DNA of 64,000 nt from an uncultured Chloroflexia bacterium. GTDB lineage: Bacteria; Chloroflexota; Dehalococcoidia; GIF9; UBA5629. The stretch spans positions 275,051 through 339,050 of the forward strand of contig OY970123.1 of NCBI GenBank assembly GCA_963705905.1, read 5' to 3'. Shown here one piece after another: positions 1 through 8,627 of the stretch. The position numbers and the translations under genes are program-made. Below the pieces are notes generated by a model. It was not told where the DNA came from, searched no databases, and saw nothing but the letters and a program-made list of their open reading frames with translations. How positions within the stretch are numbered: position 1 is the stretch's first letter; the number at the start of each line of letters is the position of its first letter.

Positions 1-715
1 GGTCCGTTGCATCGGAAAGGCTGCCCGGTCGCATACCGTCTCCAAGGCTGAGTGTGACGTCATATTTGCGTGCGATATCGAGTAAACGCTCATAATTTTC
101 AAAAAGGGGATTTTCTTTATCGTGATATAGCATCCACCCAAGAAGGAAAGCCCCTCCGCGTGAGACTACATCCGTCACTCGCCGCTGGTTTTTAAGAGAT
201 TTTATGGCAGCTTGTGTCACCCCGCAATGTACGGTAATAAAATCCACGCCGTCGGCGGCCTGCTCTTCTATGGCCTTGAAAATATCATCGGCCGTTGCTT
301 GGACAATGGGGCCATATTTCTGACCGGCTTCGATCATTGCCTGGTAAATCGGGACAGTACCCACCGGTATAGTGCTTTCCTGAAGTACAGAACGGCGGAT
401 TTTATTGATGTCTCCGCCGGTGCTAAGGTCCATCACAGTGTCGGCGCCGTGTTTAATCGAAACATTGAGTTTTATCAGCTCTCCGGCCAGGGTGCCGACA
501 TCCGAAGATGTGCCGATATTAGCATTGACCTTGATTTTAAGGCCCTTGCCTATGCCGCATACTCCGCTGACCGGGTGATTAGTGTTGGCGGGAATGACTA
601 CTTTGCCGCAAGCTATATTTTCGCAAATAAAGTCATCGCTCACCTGCTCCAGATGAGCGACCTGCTTCATCTCCGGAGTAATAACTCCCTTGCGTGCGAA
701 TTCAATCTGAGTCAT
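1..715 (-). CDS. thiC: Phosphomethylpyrimidine synthase ThiC (runs off the window's left edge)
   Basis: Not in the ORF track. Manual minus-strand translation from ATG at 715 gives MTQIEFARKGVITPEM...KVNANIGTS...GADTVMDLSTGG...PVGTVPIYQA...GVDFITVHCG...VSRGG...SLGDGMRPG, all ThiC-family motifs. The upstream TPP riboswitch favours ThiC over the BzaA/B/F paralogs. Confidence 0.92.
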   Translation of the reverse strand, partial: MTQIEFARKGVITPEMKQVAHLEQVSDDFICENIACGKVVIPANTNHPVSGVCGIGKGLKIKVNANIGTSSDVGTLAGELIKLNVSIKHGADTVMDLSTGGDINKIRRSVLQESTIPVGTVPIYQAMIEAGQKYGPIVQATADDIFKAIEEQAADGVDFITVHCGVTQAAIKSLKNQRRVTDVVSRGGAFLLGWMLYHDKENPLFENYERLLDIARKYDVTLSLGDGMRPGSLSDATD

Positions 716-723
716 TTTAATAC

Positions 724-768
724 AAAAACAAAAACCAAGAGCTATAGTATATTAGACTTAACCCTTGG
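724..768 (-). terminator. Intrinsic terminator (expression platform of the TPP riboswitch)
   Basis: Minus strand CCAAGGGTTA pairs with TAGCTCTTGG and is followed by TTTTTGTTTTT, just upstream of the thiC ATG. Confidence 0.7.
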
Positions 769-776
769 CCGGTGTA

Positions 777-868
777 CCGCTTCCCTACGCTCGAATTACC
801 GAGGGCAGGTTTCAAGGGTTCCCCACTCATGCGGAGTCTCAGCCGGTAAATCTAAGCACCCCTAGCGG
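777..868 (-). promoter_or_regulatory. TPP (THI-box) riboswitch aptamer
   Basis: Minus strand reads CCGCT-AGGGGTGC...GCTGAGA...ACCCTTGAAACCTG...GGTAAT...GCGTAGGGA-AGCGG, matching the TPP consensus with P1 CCGCT/AGCGG, directly upstream of thiC. Confidence 0.92.
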
Positions 869-942
869 CCAGTTTATTTCTTTTGATTGTAACTATAGCA
901 TACGACCACTCGTAAAAACAAGTGATCTCAAGTTCACAAGTC

Positions 943-2562
943 CTATCTTTGTTTATTTCTATTAATCAGTGCGAAGACCCCGAAGGCCACCATTGCTAAA
1001 AGCAATATAATTATAGTTATTGAAAAAGTCATTACCAGCGGTGAAGCCGTGACGATATCGAAGTTCCAAGAATTGGACCATGGGCTGACACCTCCCGTAT
1101 CGCCCAAAGCTTTAACCCTCCAATAGTAGGTGCCGGCTGAAAGAAGGTTTGACTTGTAGAGATCGAAAGATGAAGTTGGTATATCATCTTTCAGTAAAAC
1201 TTCATCGGAGAAATCAGCTGTTTTTGCCACTTGCAAGCTATACGTAACCCCTGTTTCATCACCGTCGATTTTCCAGGTCAAACTGGTGAGCACTGAGCCC
1301 TTCTGTGCGGAACTGGATGATTCAAACAGGCCTCCGATATTTTTGAAGATGCTGAATATCACATCTATCACGGAGTTATTTTCTTCTATTTTGGCACCTG
1401 ATCCGGGTCCCAGTAGCTGTGGCGTAGGTGGAGCCGTCATCGTTGCCGTATAGGTTTTTTGGGCTGTTGCGCCTTTGCTGCCGTTAGCTGTGACTGTGTG
1501 CTCTTTCCCCGCCGAGAAGGGAGCTTGGAAAGTGACGTTGAAACTCCCATTGCCATCGGTCGTCGCAGTGGACCCTGTGTTTGTTTTGTCATATGTGATA
1601 GCTATAGATTCACCCGCATAAAATCCATATCCCGATACTGTGACGTCCCTGCTGCCGATAAGGTCGCTAAAACTTAGTTGAATTGAGGGTGTGACTTCAA
1701 AGTCAATGTTTGGTACTATCCCCTTGGGCGTAAAACTGCTGCCATAAATTCCTACGGTGTGTGTACCCTTAACGGCGGGCGGAACTGTAATGGGCCAGCT
1801 AAACGTCCCGTTGGGTTGGGCCGTAAAATTGGTATCAATGATCGGTCCATCCCAGGTAAACGTGATGCCGTCCTCACCCGGGCGGAATCCCTTGCCGCTT
1901 ATAGTAATCACGGTTCCAACAGGGCCTGAAAGTGGGGTCGCCGTGCAATAAGGCCCAATAGTGAAAGTGGTAGAAGGAACGTCTCCCTCCGTTGTGATGG
2001 CTCCAGAGGCAGTGATCGTATATTCCCCCTTGGCCATAATAGGGACATCAAACAGGACGCTCCACGAACCCATATCATCCGCTGATAATGGGGCTCGAAA
2101 AAGGTCCTTGCCGTCCCATTGGGCGATAATACCGCTTTCAGACGGGGCAAATCCCGAGCCGAAAAGAAGGACGTGATTACCGGGCTTTGCCCACAGAGGT
2201 TCGGTAGTTATGGAGGGTGTTACCGAAAAAGTCAATGATGCGTTGATGGTCGTCCAGTTGCTGTCATCTGTTACCTTTAAAATGTGAGATCCTCTGGGCG
2301 TATATGGCACTTTAAATACATAGTCTATCTGCCCATCTTTGGAAACCGGCACATTCTGCACCAATTTCTTGTCATCCCAGTAAATGGTTGCCAGTTTACC
2401 GATAAAACCGTCGCCGGTTAAGGCGATGGATGAGCCTACTGCCCCGGAAGTGGGATTTAGGGCGATCGTAGTTGCAGTGGCGTACGCAGGCACCATAGAA
2501 AACAGGCAAGTTATTATGACGAGCAAACCAGATGCAATTAATAGAATCCGTTTAGAATTCAA
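943..2562 (-). CDS. Secreted, C-terminally membrane-anchored protein with tandem IPT/TIG-like Ig domains and an FN3-like domain
   Basis: Signal peptide; about 4 repeats of the P.SG.VG..I.I.G.GF...WD type; FN3-like GTYYWRVKA...SPWS; C-terminal TM helix plus basic tail. Confidence 0.75.
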   Translation of the reverse strand: MNSKRILLIASGLLVIITCLFSMVPAYATATTIALNPTSGAVGSSIALTGDGFIGKLATIYWDDKKLVQNVPVSKDGQIDYVFKVPYTPRGSHILKVTDDSNWTTINASLTFSVTPSITTEPLWAKPGNHVLLFGSGFAPSESGIIAQWDGKDLFRAPLSADDMGSWSVLFDVPIMAKGEYTITASGAITTEGDVPSTTFTIGPYCTATPLSGPVGTVITISGKGFRPGEDGITFTWDGPIIDTNFTAQPNGTFSWPITVPPAVKGTHTVGIYGSSFTPKGIVPNIDFEVTPSIQLSFSDLIGSRDVTVSGYGFYAGESIAITYDKTNTGSTATTDGNGSFNVTFQAPFSAGKEHTVTANGSKGATAQKTYTATMTAPPTPQLLGPGSGAKIEENNSVIDVIFSIFKNIGGLFESSSSAQKGSVLTSLTWKIDGDETGVTYSLQVAKTADFSDEVLLKDDIPTSSFDLYKSNLLSAGTYYWRVKALGDTGGVSPWSNSWNFDIVTASPLVMTFSITIIILLLAMVAFGVFALINRNKQR

Positions 2563-2738
2563 TAAAGTCTCCTTTCTTTAGCTTTAGAATAAAAATTTAG
2601 TCTTCCTTTGTTGAGATTGGAGTCGAATTAAAGATTATAACAAATAGCTACAAAAATCAATTTGTTTGACACTGGTAATAGTCTGTTGATAGACTTTTAA
2701 AGTAAATTTTCAATCCGTACCCTCATACGGAGAGTTAT

Positions 2739-2815
2739 GGCCCCGTGGTGTAGCGGTCAAACATGCCACCCTGTCACGGTGGAGATCGTGGGTTCGAATC
2801 CCATCGGGGTCGCCA
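2739..2815 (+). tRNA. tRNA-Asp(GTC)
   Basis: GGCCCCG acceptor stem, anticodon arm CCACC-CTGTCAC-GGTGG, GGTTCGAATCC T-loop, encoded CCA. Confidence 0.97.
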
Positions 2816-2883
2816 ATACCCATACAACGTGATGCAAAGAGATACTTAACAATGATATGTCATGAATTCACTTTGCGTTTATC

Positions 2884-2940
2884 AATAGTGCTGTAGTATT
2901 CATCATCAAGATGAGCATCCAGAAGTATTGTATGCCCCGA
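2884..2940 (+). repeat. Imperfect ~58-bp direct repeat, copy 1 (copy 2 at 4381-4438)
   Basis: AATAGTGCTGTAGTATTCATCATCAAGATGAGCATCC-AGAAGTATTGTATGCCCCGA vs AATTATGCTCTATTATTTATCACAGTGACGAGCATCCCATAGGTATTGGATGACCCGA; 43/58 identical by manual alignment. Confidence 0.7.
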
Positions 2941-3079
2941 TGCCACCAGTTCTTTATCAACCCAACGTATCCCAACAAAAGATTCGCCAAAATCAACAGG
3001 CTTATTTAACTACCATGTCAGAACAAGGGCAAAGTGGAAGAGATAAGAGACATTGTATAATTAGATAACGGGACTGAAT

Positions 3080-4303
3080 ATGCAAAATAAAGGAAACACC
3101 CTCTTATATCTAATTCCAATTCTTGTTCTGCTTGTGAGTCTGGTATCAAGCCCATTCATAGCATGCAGCGAGCCCCCGGCAATCAATTATTTTAACGCTT
3201 CCCCGACTGCGATCACTAGCGGGCAGGCGGTTACTCTTCAGTGGGACGTCAGTGGTGCTACCAGGGCCAATATAAGCGGAGTTGGCGCCGTAGTGCCTTC
3301 AGGCCAGGCGATAGTCACGCCGGCGACGACTACGACGTATGTTCTGACTGTCCCGGACAGCACGCTGAGTCTCTCGGTTACTATTGATGTTACATCATCA
3401 GTGGATACAAGTGGGGTGGAACCAGCCGGTGCAAATGAACCGATGCCGGCAACCAGCTCAACCGACAACTCTTCTGTCCCCATGGTTATACTCAGATATG
3501 ATAATTTGAATACTAGTTCCGATGACTATTTGTCTAGCCAGATTGCAGTATGGCACACATATGCAAAATTGCCCGGTTCCAGTATTTCAGCCTCAGCGGG
3601 CTACTCGGCAGATACTCATCAGGAGTTTACTTCGTCCAGCACCACGGGAATCCCGGTGAAAAGTCCGCTAATAATTTTGCCCTTTAGAGAAGGCATGGTT
3701 TGCATTATCAGGAATTATTCCAGCCTGTCGTACCAATACTTTAAGCTGGGAACAGCATCGTATTACGACCAGGTGGACGAGTCAGATCGACTGAAAGAAC
3801 CCGGGTGGGGACTGATGACGACCTTTTCTCCCGGTCAGTCGCCTTTCAAAATCCAGAAATTAGATGTTGCGGGAGTTGCTAACATTACCGGTGGTTCTTC
3901 CGATGACTATAATAGCCGTCTCTTTATCGTGCGGATACTGGATGAAAATGGTCGTCAAGTATGGACCAAATTGTTACCCTGGAGTATATTTCGAAGTGAT
4001 TCATCGGATAAGATACCCAAGGCAATCTGGAGAAGCGTCGAGGTAGGCGATGTCACTATGACCGGGGATTTTTCTGTAGAAGTTTTAACCGAGAGCAACG
4101 AATGTATTTTGGGTAAGAATCCGTCTTTCAATTATCTTGCCTTGGCATACGAAAAGGTCAACAGTAAGGACGTGAACACCAGATCAATTATTTCGGAGGA
4201 TGGAGCCAAACCAGACGGTTGGGTACGCTTGTATGGCCAGTACGGCGATCCCCTTGCCTTTAATTTATGCATACGAGTTGAGGGCAGTTACTTAGGTAAA
4301 TGA
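3080..4303 (+). CDS. Putative lipoprotein with an N-terminal PKD/Ig-like module and a C-terminal domain of unknown function
   Basis: Hydrophobic signal ending in FIAC (lipobox-like); PAINYFNASP...VTLQWDVSGAT...TTTYVLT Ig-like module; Ser/Thr-rich linker. Confidence 0.65.
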   Translation: MQNKGNTLLYLIPILVLLVSLVSSPFIACSEPPAINYFNASPTAITSGQAVTLQWDVSGATRANISGVGAVVPSGQAIVTPATTTTYVLTVPDSTLSLSVTIDVTSSVDTSGVEPAGANEPMPATSSTDNSSVPMVILRYDNLNTSSDDYLSSQIAVWHTYAKLPGSSISASAGYSADTHQEFTSSSTTGIPVKSPLIILPFREGMVCIIRNYSSLSYQYFKLGTASYYDQVDESDRLKEPGWGLMTTFSPGQSPFKIQKLDVAGVANITGGSSDDYNSRLFIVRILDENGRQVWTKLLPWSIFRSDSSDKIPKAIWRSVEVGDVTMTGDFSVEVLTESNECILGKNPSFNYLALAYEKVNSKDVNTRSIISEDGAKPDGWVRLYGQYGDPLAFNLCIRVEGSYLGK

Positions 4304-4380
4304 CTCTGGCTTTCACCAGCGTAATAACAGAAGGGGCGCATCATGCGATGGAGCCCAAGCTTTACGTGGCTTCAAGAGGT

Positions 4381-4456
4381 AATTATGCTCTATTATTTAT
4401 CACAGTGACGAGCATCCCATAGGTATTGGATGACCCGACCCCCATCGGGATCGCCA
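4381..4456 (+). repeat. Direct repeat copy 2 followed by an att-like copy of the tRNA-Asp 3' end
   Basis: 4441-4456 CCCATCGGGATCGCCA matches tRNA-Asp 2800-2815 CCCATCGGGGTCGCCA at 15/16. Confidence 0.75.
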
Positions 4457-4490
4457 TCAATATCCCGGGATTAAAGCTCACTGATAAAGT

Positions 4491-4520
4491 TAAGGCCGCA
4501 GCAGAAATGCTGCGGCCTTT
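4491..4520. terminator. Probable bidirectional intrinsic terminator
   Basis: AAGGCCGCAGCA-GAAA-TGCTGCGGCCTT perfect hairpin followed by TT, between convergent genes. Confidence 0.8.
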
Positions 4521-4543
4521 ATTAATTCAGCTTTAAATAACTG

Positions 4544-6553
4544 TTACCGCGGCCTTCTCATCGCCATGAAGATAATCCCGCCAGCCAATGCGAAGAGCAG
4601 CAGTGCTCCGCTGATATAGAGGATGAGGTTGGGGTCGGCGAGCCGGTCGACCTCAAAGGTGCCAGCGGGTAGGCTGCCTACGTAAACGGAGTAGCTGCCG
4701 GGTTCATTGCGGCTGACGGTGAATTTGATGGGTGTATTGCCGCCACCCGAGAGCGTGACGCCCTGATGGGCCTCTTCCTGTCCGTTGACGTAGAGCTTGA
4801 CCTGCGTTGAGCCGTTGGCCGTGCCCTTGTTGGCTATGTTGGCGGTGACGGTAATGGGTGCGCCCGGCGCTACCTTGGCGGTAGAGAGCGAAGCGCTCTG
4901 AACTGCGATATTGGCCATGGGTGCCGGACCCTGTGGCGCCATGGGCTGCAGCGTGGAACCCCGGTGATTATTGCTGGTGTCGGTGAAGGCTGGGCCGCAG
5001 GGATCGACGATGGTGCCGTTGGCTACTCCATCGGCATCGCCCGGGCCGCCATCTGTGACGGTCAGACGGAAGGTATTGGCATCGATCTGGATGGAGTTAG
5101 CCGAGAAATCGGTCAGGCTGCCGTTCTGGCACTTGAAGACCTTGGCGCCCATGGGTATGGCGATTGGTGTGGTGATGGTAACTATAACAGTCGCACCCGG
5201 TGCCAGGTTGGTGATGCTGTAAGAGAACATGCCGAAGGGGAAAATAAAGCCGCCCGATGAGCAGGGCATACTATCGGCCGGTAGGTTTACCAGGCCTGAA
5301 ATAGAGCCTGAGTTGGTGGAGAAATTCACGAGACCCAGGCTGGTATTAACCGATGCTGTCGGCTGTCCTGTCGATTGAAACTCGTAAGCGCCGACATCGC
5401 AAATTCCTGCCTGAGGCCTGGATACGCCGCGCTGGTCGGTTGCCGGCGCCCCATCATTAGTACCCCGGTTATAGGCCGGGCTGGACGACGTAATGGCCAT
5501 GGTCGAGGTCGGGCCGCCGTTATTCTGCAGCGGGCCGAGCATTGGATTGTTGTTGAGCTGGTCGGTTGGATCGTGAAAATAGCTTTCTGGCCCTCCCTCG
5601 ATGTTATGTCCCAGGGAGTTTATCCCAGAGCCGAGACCGTTATAGCTGTTGTTGTATTGACTTTGTCCAGCTGTATTGTTGGCCACTATGCAATTCGTGA
5701 AATACATTGACGAGGCTGAGCTGTTGCTGAAGCCGCCGCCGAAAGAGTTTGCACTGGTGGCGTGGTTATCGGCGATTGTTACGTTCAACAGGGTTACATC
5801 GGCGAGAGCGCCGTTATAAAGTCCTCCGCCTACAGCCAGGGCACCCGTGACCGTGTTTCCGCTGATAGTGCAATTGGTGAGCCACGTCTTACCGAAATCC
5901 GTGGCCGGAAGATCGCAGAGGTTGGCGATGCCGCCCCCAAAGCCGGTCGCAGTATTTCCGCTGACCGTGCAGCGGTTCATGTATACGTGCCCATTATCAT
6001 TGCAAAGGCCGCCGCCCTCCCCCGGCTTCATCCCGCTTCCCGGGCCCTTGCTGTTGTTGATGATGGCGCAATCGTTGATGGTCAAAATATGAGCTGATGT
6101 CACGTAAATTCCACCACCGGGATCGGAACCTGCGGCTGCGCCATTCTGAATGGTGAAACCGGAGATGGTGTTATTCTGAAGAGGGGCGCTAGAGACCTCC
6201 AGCACATATCCGTGGGCGCCTCCGTCTATAATGGTGGTGAGAGCGCCATCGCCCACCAGGTTCATATCGAATTGCAGATCGATGTGATATTCATTGTAAA
6301 TGCCAGAGGCCACGTGGACAGTCCCGTTATCGGCAACCGTATTTATGCCCTGGACAATGGTTTTTTTCGGCCCTATACTTCCGGACGAATGTACGGGTGA
6401 ACTACCGTCATAACCTGCACTCCCCGTCGTACCATTGACATAGATATTGGCTAAGGCTCCCCCATCACCAGCGTATACCGGGAATGAAAGAGTGATTGGT
6501 AGAAGAAGAGCCAGTAGTAAAAGAACTGCAATTGACCCGGCTATTTTAAACAT
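4544..6553 (-). CDS. Cell-surface protein: parallel beta-helix / choice-of-anchor Q, choice-of-anchor U-like and CARDB-like domains, C-terminal TM anchor
   Basis: Signal peptide; GGG..N beta-helix repeats; LGPLQNNGGPTST...DQRGVSRPQ...CDVGAYE (anchor Q); TDGGPGDADGVANGTIVDP (anchor U-like); VTANIANKG...VKLYVNG (CARDB-like); TM helix plus RRPR. Confidence 0.8.
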   Translation of the reverse strand: MFKIAGSIAVLLLLALLLPITLSFPVYAGDGGALANIYVNGTTGSAGYDGSSPVHSSGSIGPKKTIVQGINTVADNGTVHVASGIYNEYHIDLQFDMNLVGDGALTTIIDGGAHGYVLEVSSAPLQNNTISGFTIQNGAAAGSDPGGGIYVTSAHILTINDCAIINNSKGPGSGMKPGEGGGLCNDNGHVYMNRCTVSGNTATGFGGGIANLCDLPATDFGKTWLTNCTISGNTVTGALAVGGGLYNGALADVTLLNVTIADNHATSANSFGGGFSNSSASSMYFTNCIVANNTAGQSQYNNSYNGLGSGINSLGHNIEGGPESYFHDPTDQLNNNPMLGPLQNNGGPTSTMAITSSSPAYNRGTNDGAPATDQRGVSRPQAGICDVGAYEFQSTGQPTASVNTSLGLVNFSTNSGSISGLVNLPADSMPCSSGGFIFPFGMFSYSITNLAPGATVIVTITTPIAIPMGAKVFKCQNGSLTDFSANSIQIDANTFRLTVTDGGPGDADGVANGTIVDPCGPAFTDTSNNHRGSTLQPMAPQGPAPMANIAVQSASLSTAKVAPGAPITVTANIANKGTANGSTQVKLYVNGQEEAHQGVTLSGGGNTPIKFTVSRNEPGSYSVYVGSLPAGTFEVDRLADPNLILYISGALLLFALAGGIIFMAMRRPR

Positions 6554-6656
6554 ATTCTGCCGCCTCTATTAAAGTCTCAAGAAATTGAAGGATATTACTA
6601 ATTTAAGCGCATGATAACATACCAAACATAATGTGTAAATAGCCTTAGCCATATAC

Positions 6657-6685
6657 TTGACAGCCAGGTTGTTTTTATTTAGACT
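6657..6685 (+). promoter_or_regulatory. Sigma70-type promoter for plsY-GT2
   Basis: TTGACA-17 nt-TAGACT, 48 nt upstream of the ATG. Confidence 0.6.
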
Positions 6686-6733
6686 TCCCATCGTAGACAG
6701 ATTTGAAAATAGGGTGTTCGAGGAGCTGTAATA

Positions 6734-7357
6734 ATGGACACAGCTTTAGTTGTAGTTCTGGCCGTTGGTGCTTTCCTTTTAGGGGCCTGTCCGTTTGCTG
6801 TCTGGATAGGTAAGTGGGTGCTCAATAAAGATATACGCAACTACGGAGATGGCAACCCGGGCTCAACCAATGTATTCAAGGCAGGCAGCAAGTTTTGGGG
6901 TGGGGTAGCTGTTGCCGTGGAAATGTGCAAGGCCATGCCCTTCATCCTGATTGGCAGGTTGATTTTCGATATTACGACGCCCACTTTGTACCTAATCGCG
7001 TTTTGTGCAATCCTGGGCCATGCCTTCTCCCCCTTTCTGAATTTCCGTGGCGGAAAAGCCCTGGCGGTATTCGGGGGTGCGGCCCTGGCTTTACCGCAGT
7101 GGGACATCTTTGCAAGCATGATCATTTTATTGTTTTTGTGCGCCCTGTTCATCGGCAACGATTCGTGGGTTGTAATGATTAGCACTATAGGGACATTAGC
7201 GATGCTGCTGGTCAACAGGGCGGATATGTGGGAAATCGTATTCGTTTGCGGCGTTACCGCCGTTTTTGTGGTCAAACATTTTCACGATCTGTGGTTAGAT
7301 ATTATGCAGCCCGGCCGCCTTATAGTTTGGATAAGGTCCAAAAGGAAAGCGGCCTGA
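6734..7357 (+). CDS. plsY: Glycerol-3-phosphate acyltransferase PlsY family
   Basis: DIRNYGDGNPGSTN, GHAFSPFLNFRGGKALA and KH motifs; multi-TM. Confidence 0.85.
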   Translation: MDTALVVVLAVGAFLLGACPFAVWIGKWVLNKDIRNYGDGNPGSTNVFKAGSKFWGGVAVAVEMCKAMPFILIGRLIFDITTPTLYLIAFCAILGHAFSPFLNFRGGKALAVFGGAALALPQWDIFASMIILLFLCALFIGNDSWVVMISTIGTLAMLLVNRADMWEIVFVCGVTAVFVVKHFHDLWLDIMQPGRLIVWIRSKRKAA

Positions 7358-7383
7358 AAAGTCTGCTTTGGAGCTGACTGAAT

Positions 7384-8547
7384 TTGATTTATCAACTGCT
7401 GGTCTTAGCGGGACTGGTCATTTTTTTAATTAACCTCCTATTGAACCTTTTGACTCTTAAACGTCCCTCCCAAAAAGCCGGCTTGCCCGCTATCCCTCCG
7501 CTTGTTTCCGTGCTTATTCCTGCTAGAAATGAAGAGAAAAATATTGTCAATTGCCTCACATCGGTTTTGAAACAGGACTATCCCAATTTTGAGGTGCTGG
7601 TTATAGACGATAATTCTACTGATCGGACGTATGAAATAGTAAGTAAGATTGCGGAGGCGGATCCAAGAGTCCGCCTTTATGCCGGTAAGCCGTTGCCTGC
7701 GGACTGGGCCGGTAAGCCGTACGCCTGTTTTCAGATCGCTCAACATGCGAAGGGCAACTGGTTCTTATTTTTGGACGCAGACACGATTTGCGAAAGTCAT
7801 ATGATCAGGGGCACTCTCAAAATTGCCATCAAACACCGGGTAGCTCTTCTTTCGGGGTTCCCAAGGCAAAAGTTGATGGGGCTCACTCAGAAGATCGTGT
7901 TGCCGGTCCTCTTTTATTTTGCTCAGATGGCCTGGTTCCCGCTGTGGTTATTTCATACTTCCAAAAAGCCCATGCCAACCATGATAATAGGGCAATTTAT
8001 CCTGTTTAATAAAGATGACTACTGGCGTATAGGCGGGCACGAAGCCGTGAAGTCGAGGATAATGGAAGATGTCTGGTTTGGTCTGGAGATGAGCGGACAT
8101 GGCGGGCGGACCCTAGCGGTTGATCTGTCGAAAACCCTTACAACAGAGATGTACTCTAACCTGGCGGCAATGACCGAGGGTTGCATGAAATGGTTTTATT
8201 CGGTTGCCGCTCTATCCCCGTTAGCTCTCGTTGGTTTTGTGTTCGCTGCCTATATATTCCTTTTGGCCCCATTCTACTGGGCATACGTTGGTCCGGTAGA
8301 TGCTCTGATGAATTCAGCTCAGTTAACAGAGTTGAGCCTAATCATAGCAGCGCAGGTGCTTGTCATTTTACTCATGAGGGTTATAACGGACCAATATTTC
8401 AGGGGATCATCTATTTCTTTTATTTTTCATCCGCTGGGCGTAGCATTCTTGATTTTTGCTGTAGTTGTTGGGGCGTCCCGACGTGCCCTGGGAGCCGGAG
8501 TGGCCTGGAAAGACAGGGTCTATCAGGGCTTTACACATATTAAATAA
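7384..8547 (+). CDS. GT2 family glycosyltransferase (CrtQ/CruC/HpnB-like membrane type)
   Basis: VSVLIPARNEE, DDNSTD, W.GK..AC, FLDAD, GQF, GGHEAV...EDV and C-terminal WKDR motifs. Confidence 0.85.
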   Translation: MIYQLLVLAGLVIFLINLLLNLLTLKRPSQKAGLPAIPPLVSVLIPARNEEKNIVNCLTSVLKQDYPNFEVLVIDDNSTDRTYEIVSKIAEADPRVRLYAGKPLPADWAGKPYACFQIAQHAKGNWFLFLDADTICESHMIRGTLKIAIKHRVALLSGFPRQKLMGLTQKIVLPVLFYFAQMAWFPLWLFHTSKKPMPTMIIGQFILFNKDDYWRIGGHEAVKSRIMEDVWFGLEMSGHGGRTLAVDLSKTLTTEMYSNLAAMTEGCMKWFYSVAALSPLALVGFVFAAYIFLLAPFYWAYVGPVDALMNSAQLTELSLIIAAQVLVILLMRVITDQYFRGSSISFIFHPLGVAFLIFAVVVGASRRALGAGVAWKDRVYQGFTHIK

Positions 8548-8627
8548 ATTTTTTTATCTGACGCTGTCAAAAGGGCCGGTTTAAAATCTTACTGGTTACT
8601 GTTACCATTGAAAGCTGAGGAGCCGCC

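Noticed and set aside
212-965. ORF-track + strand ORFs 212-865 and 765-965
   Set aside because: They are antisense shadows of thiC and its TPP riboswitch on the minus strand.
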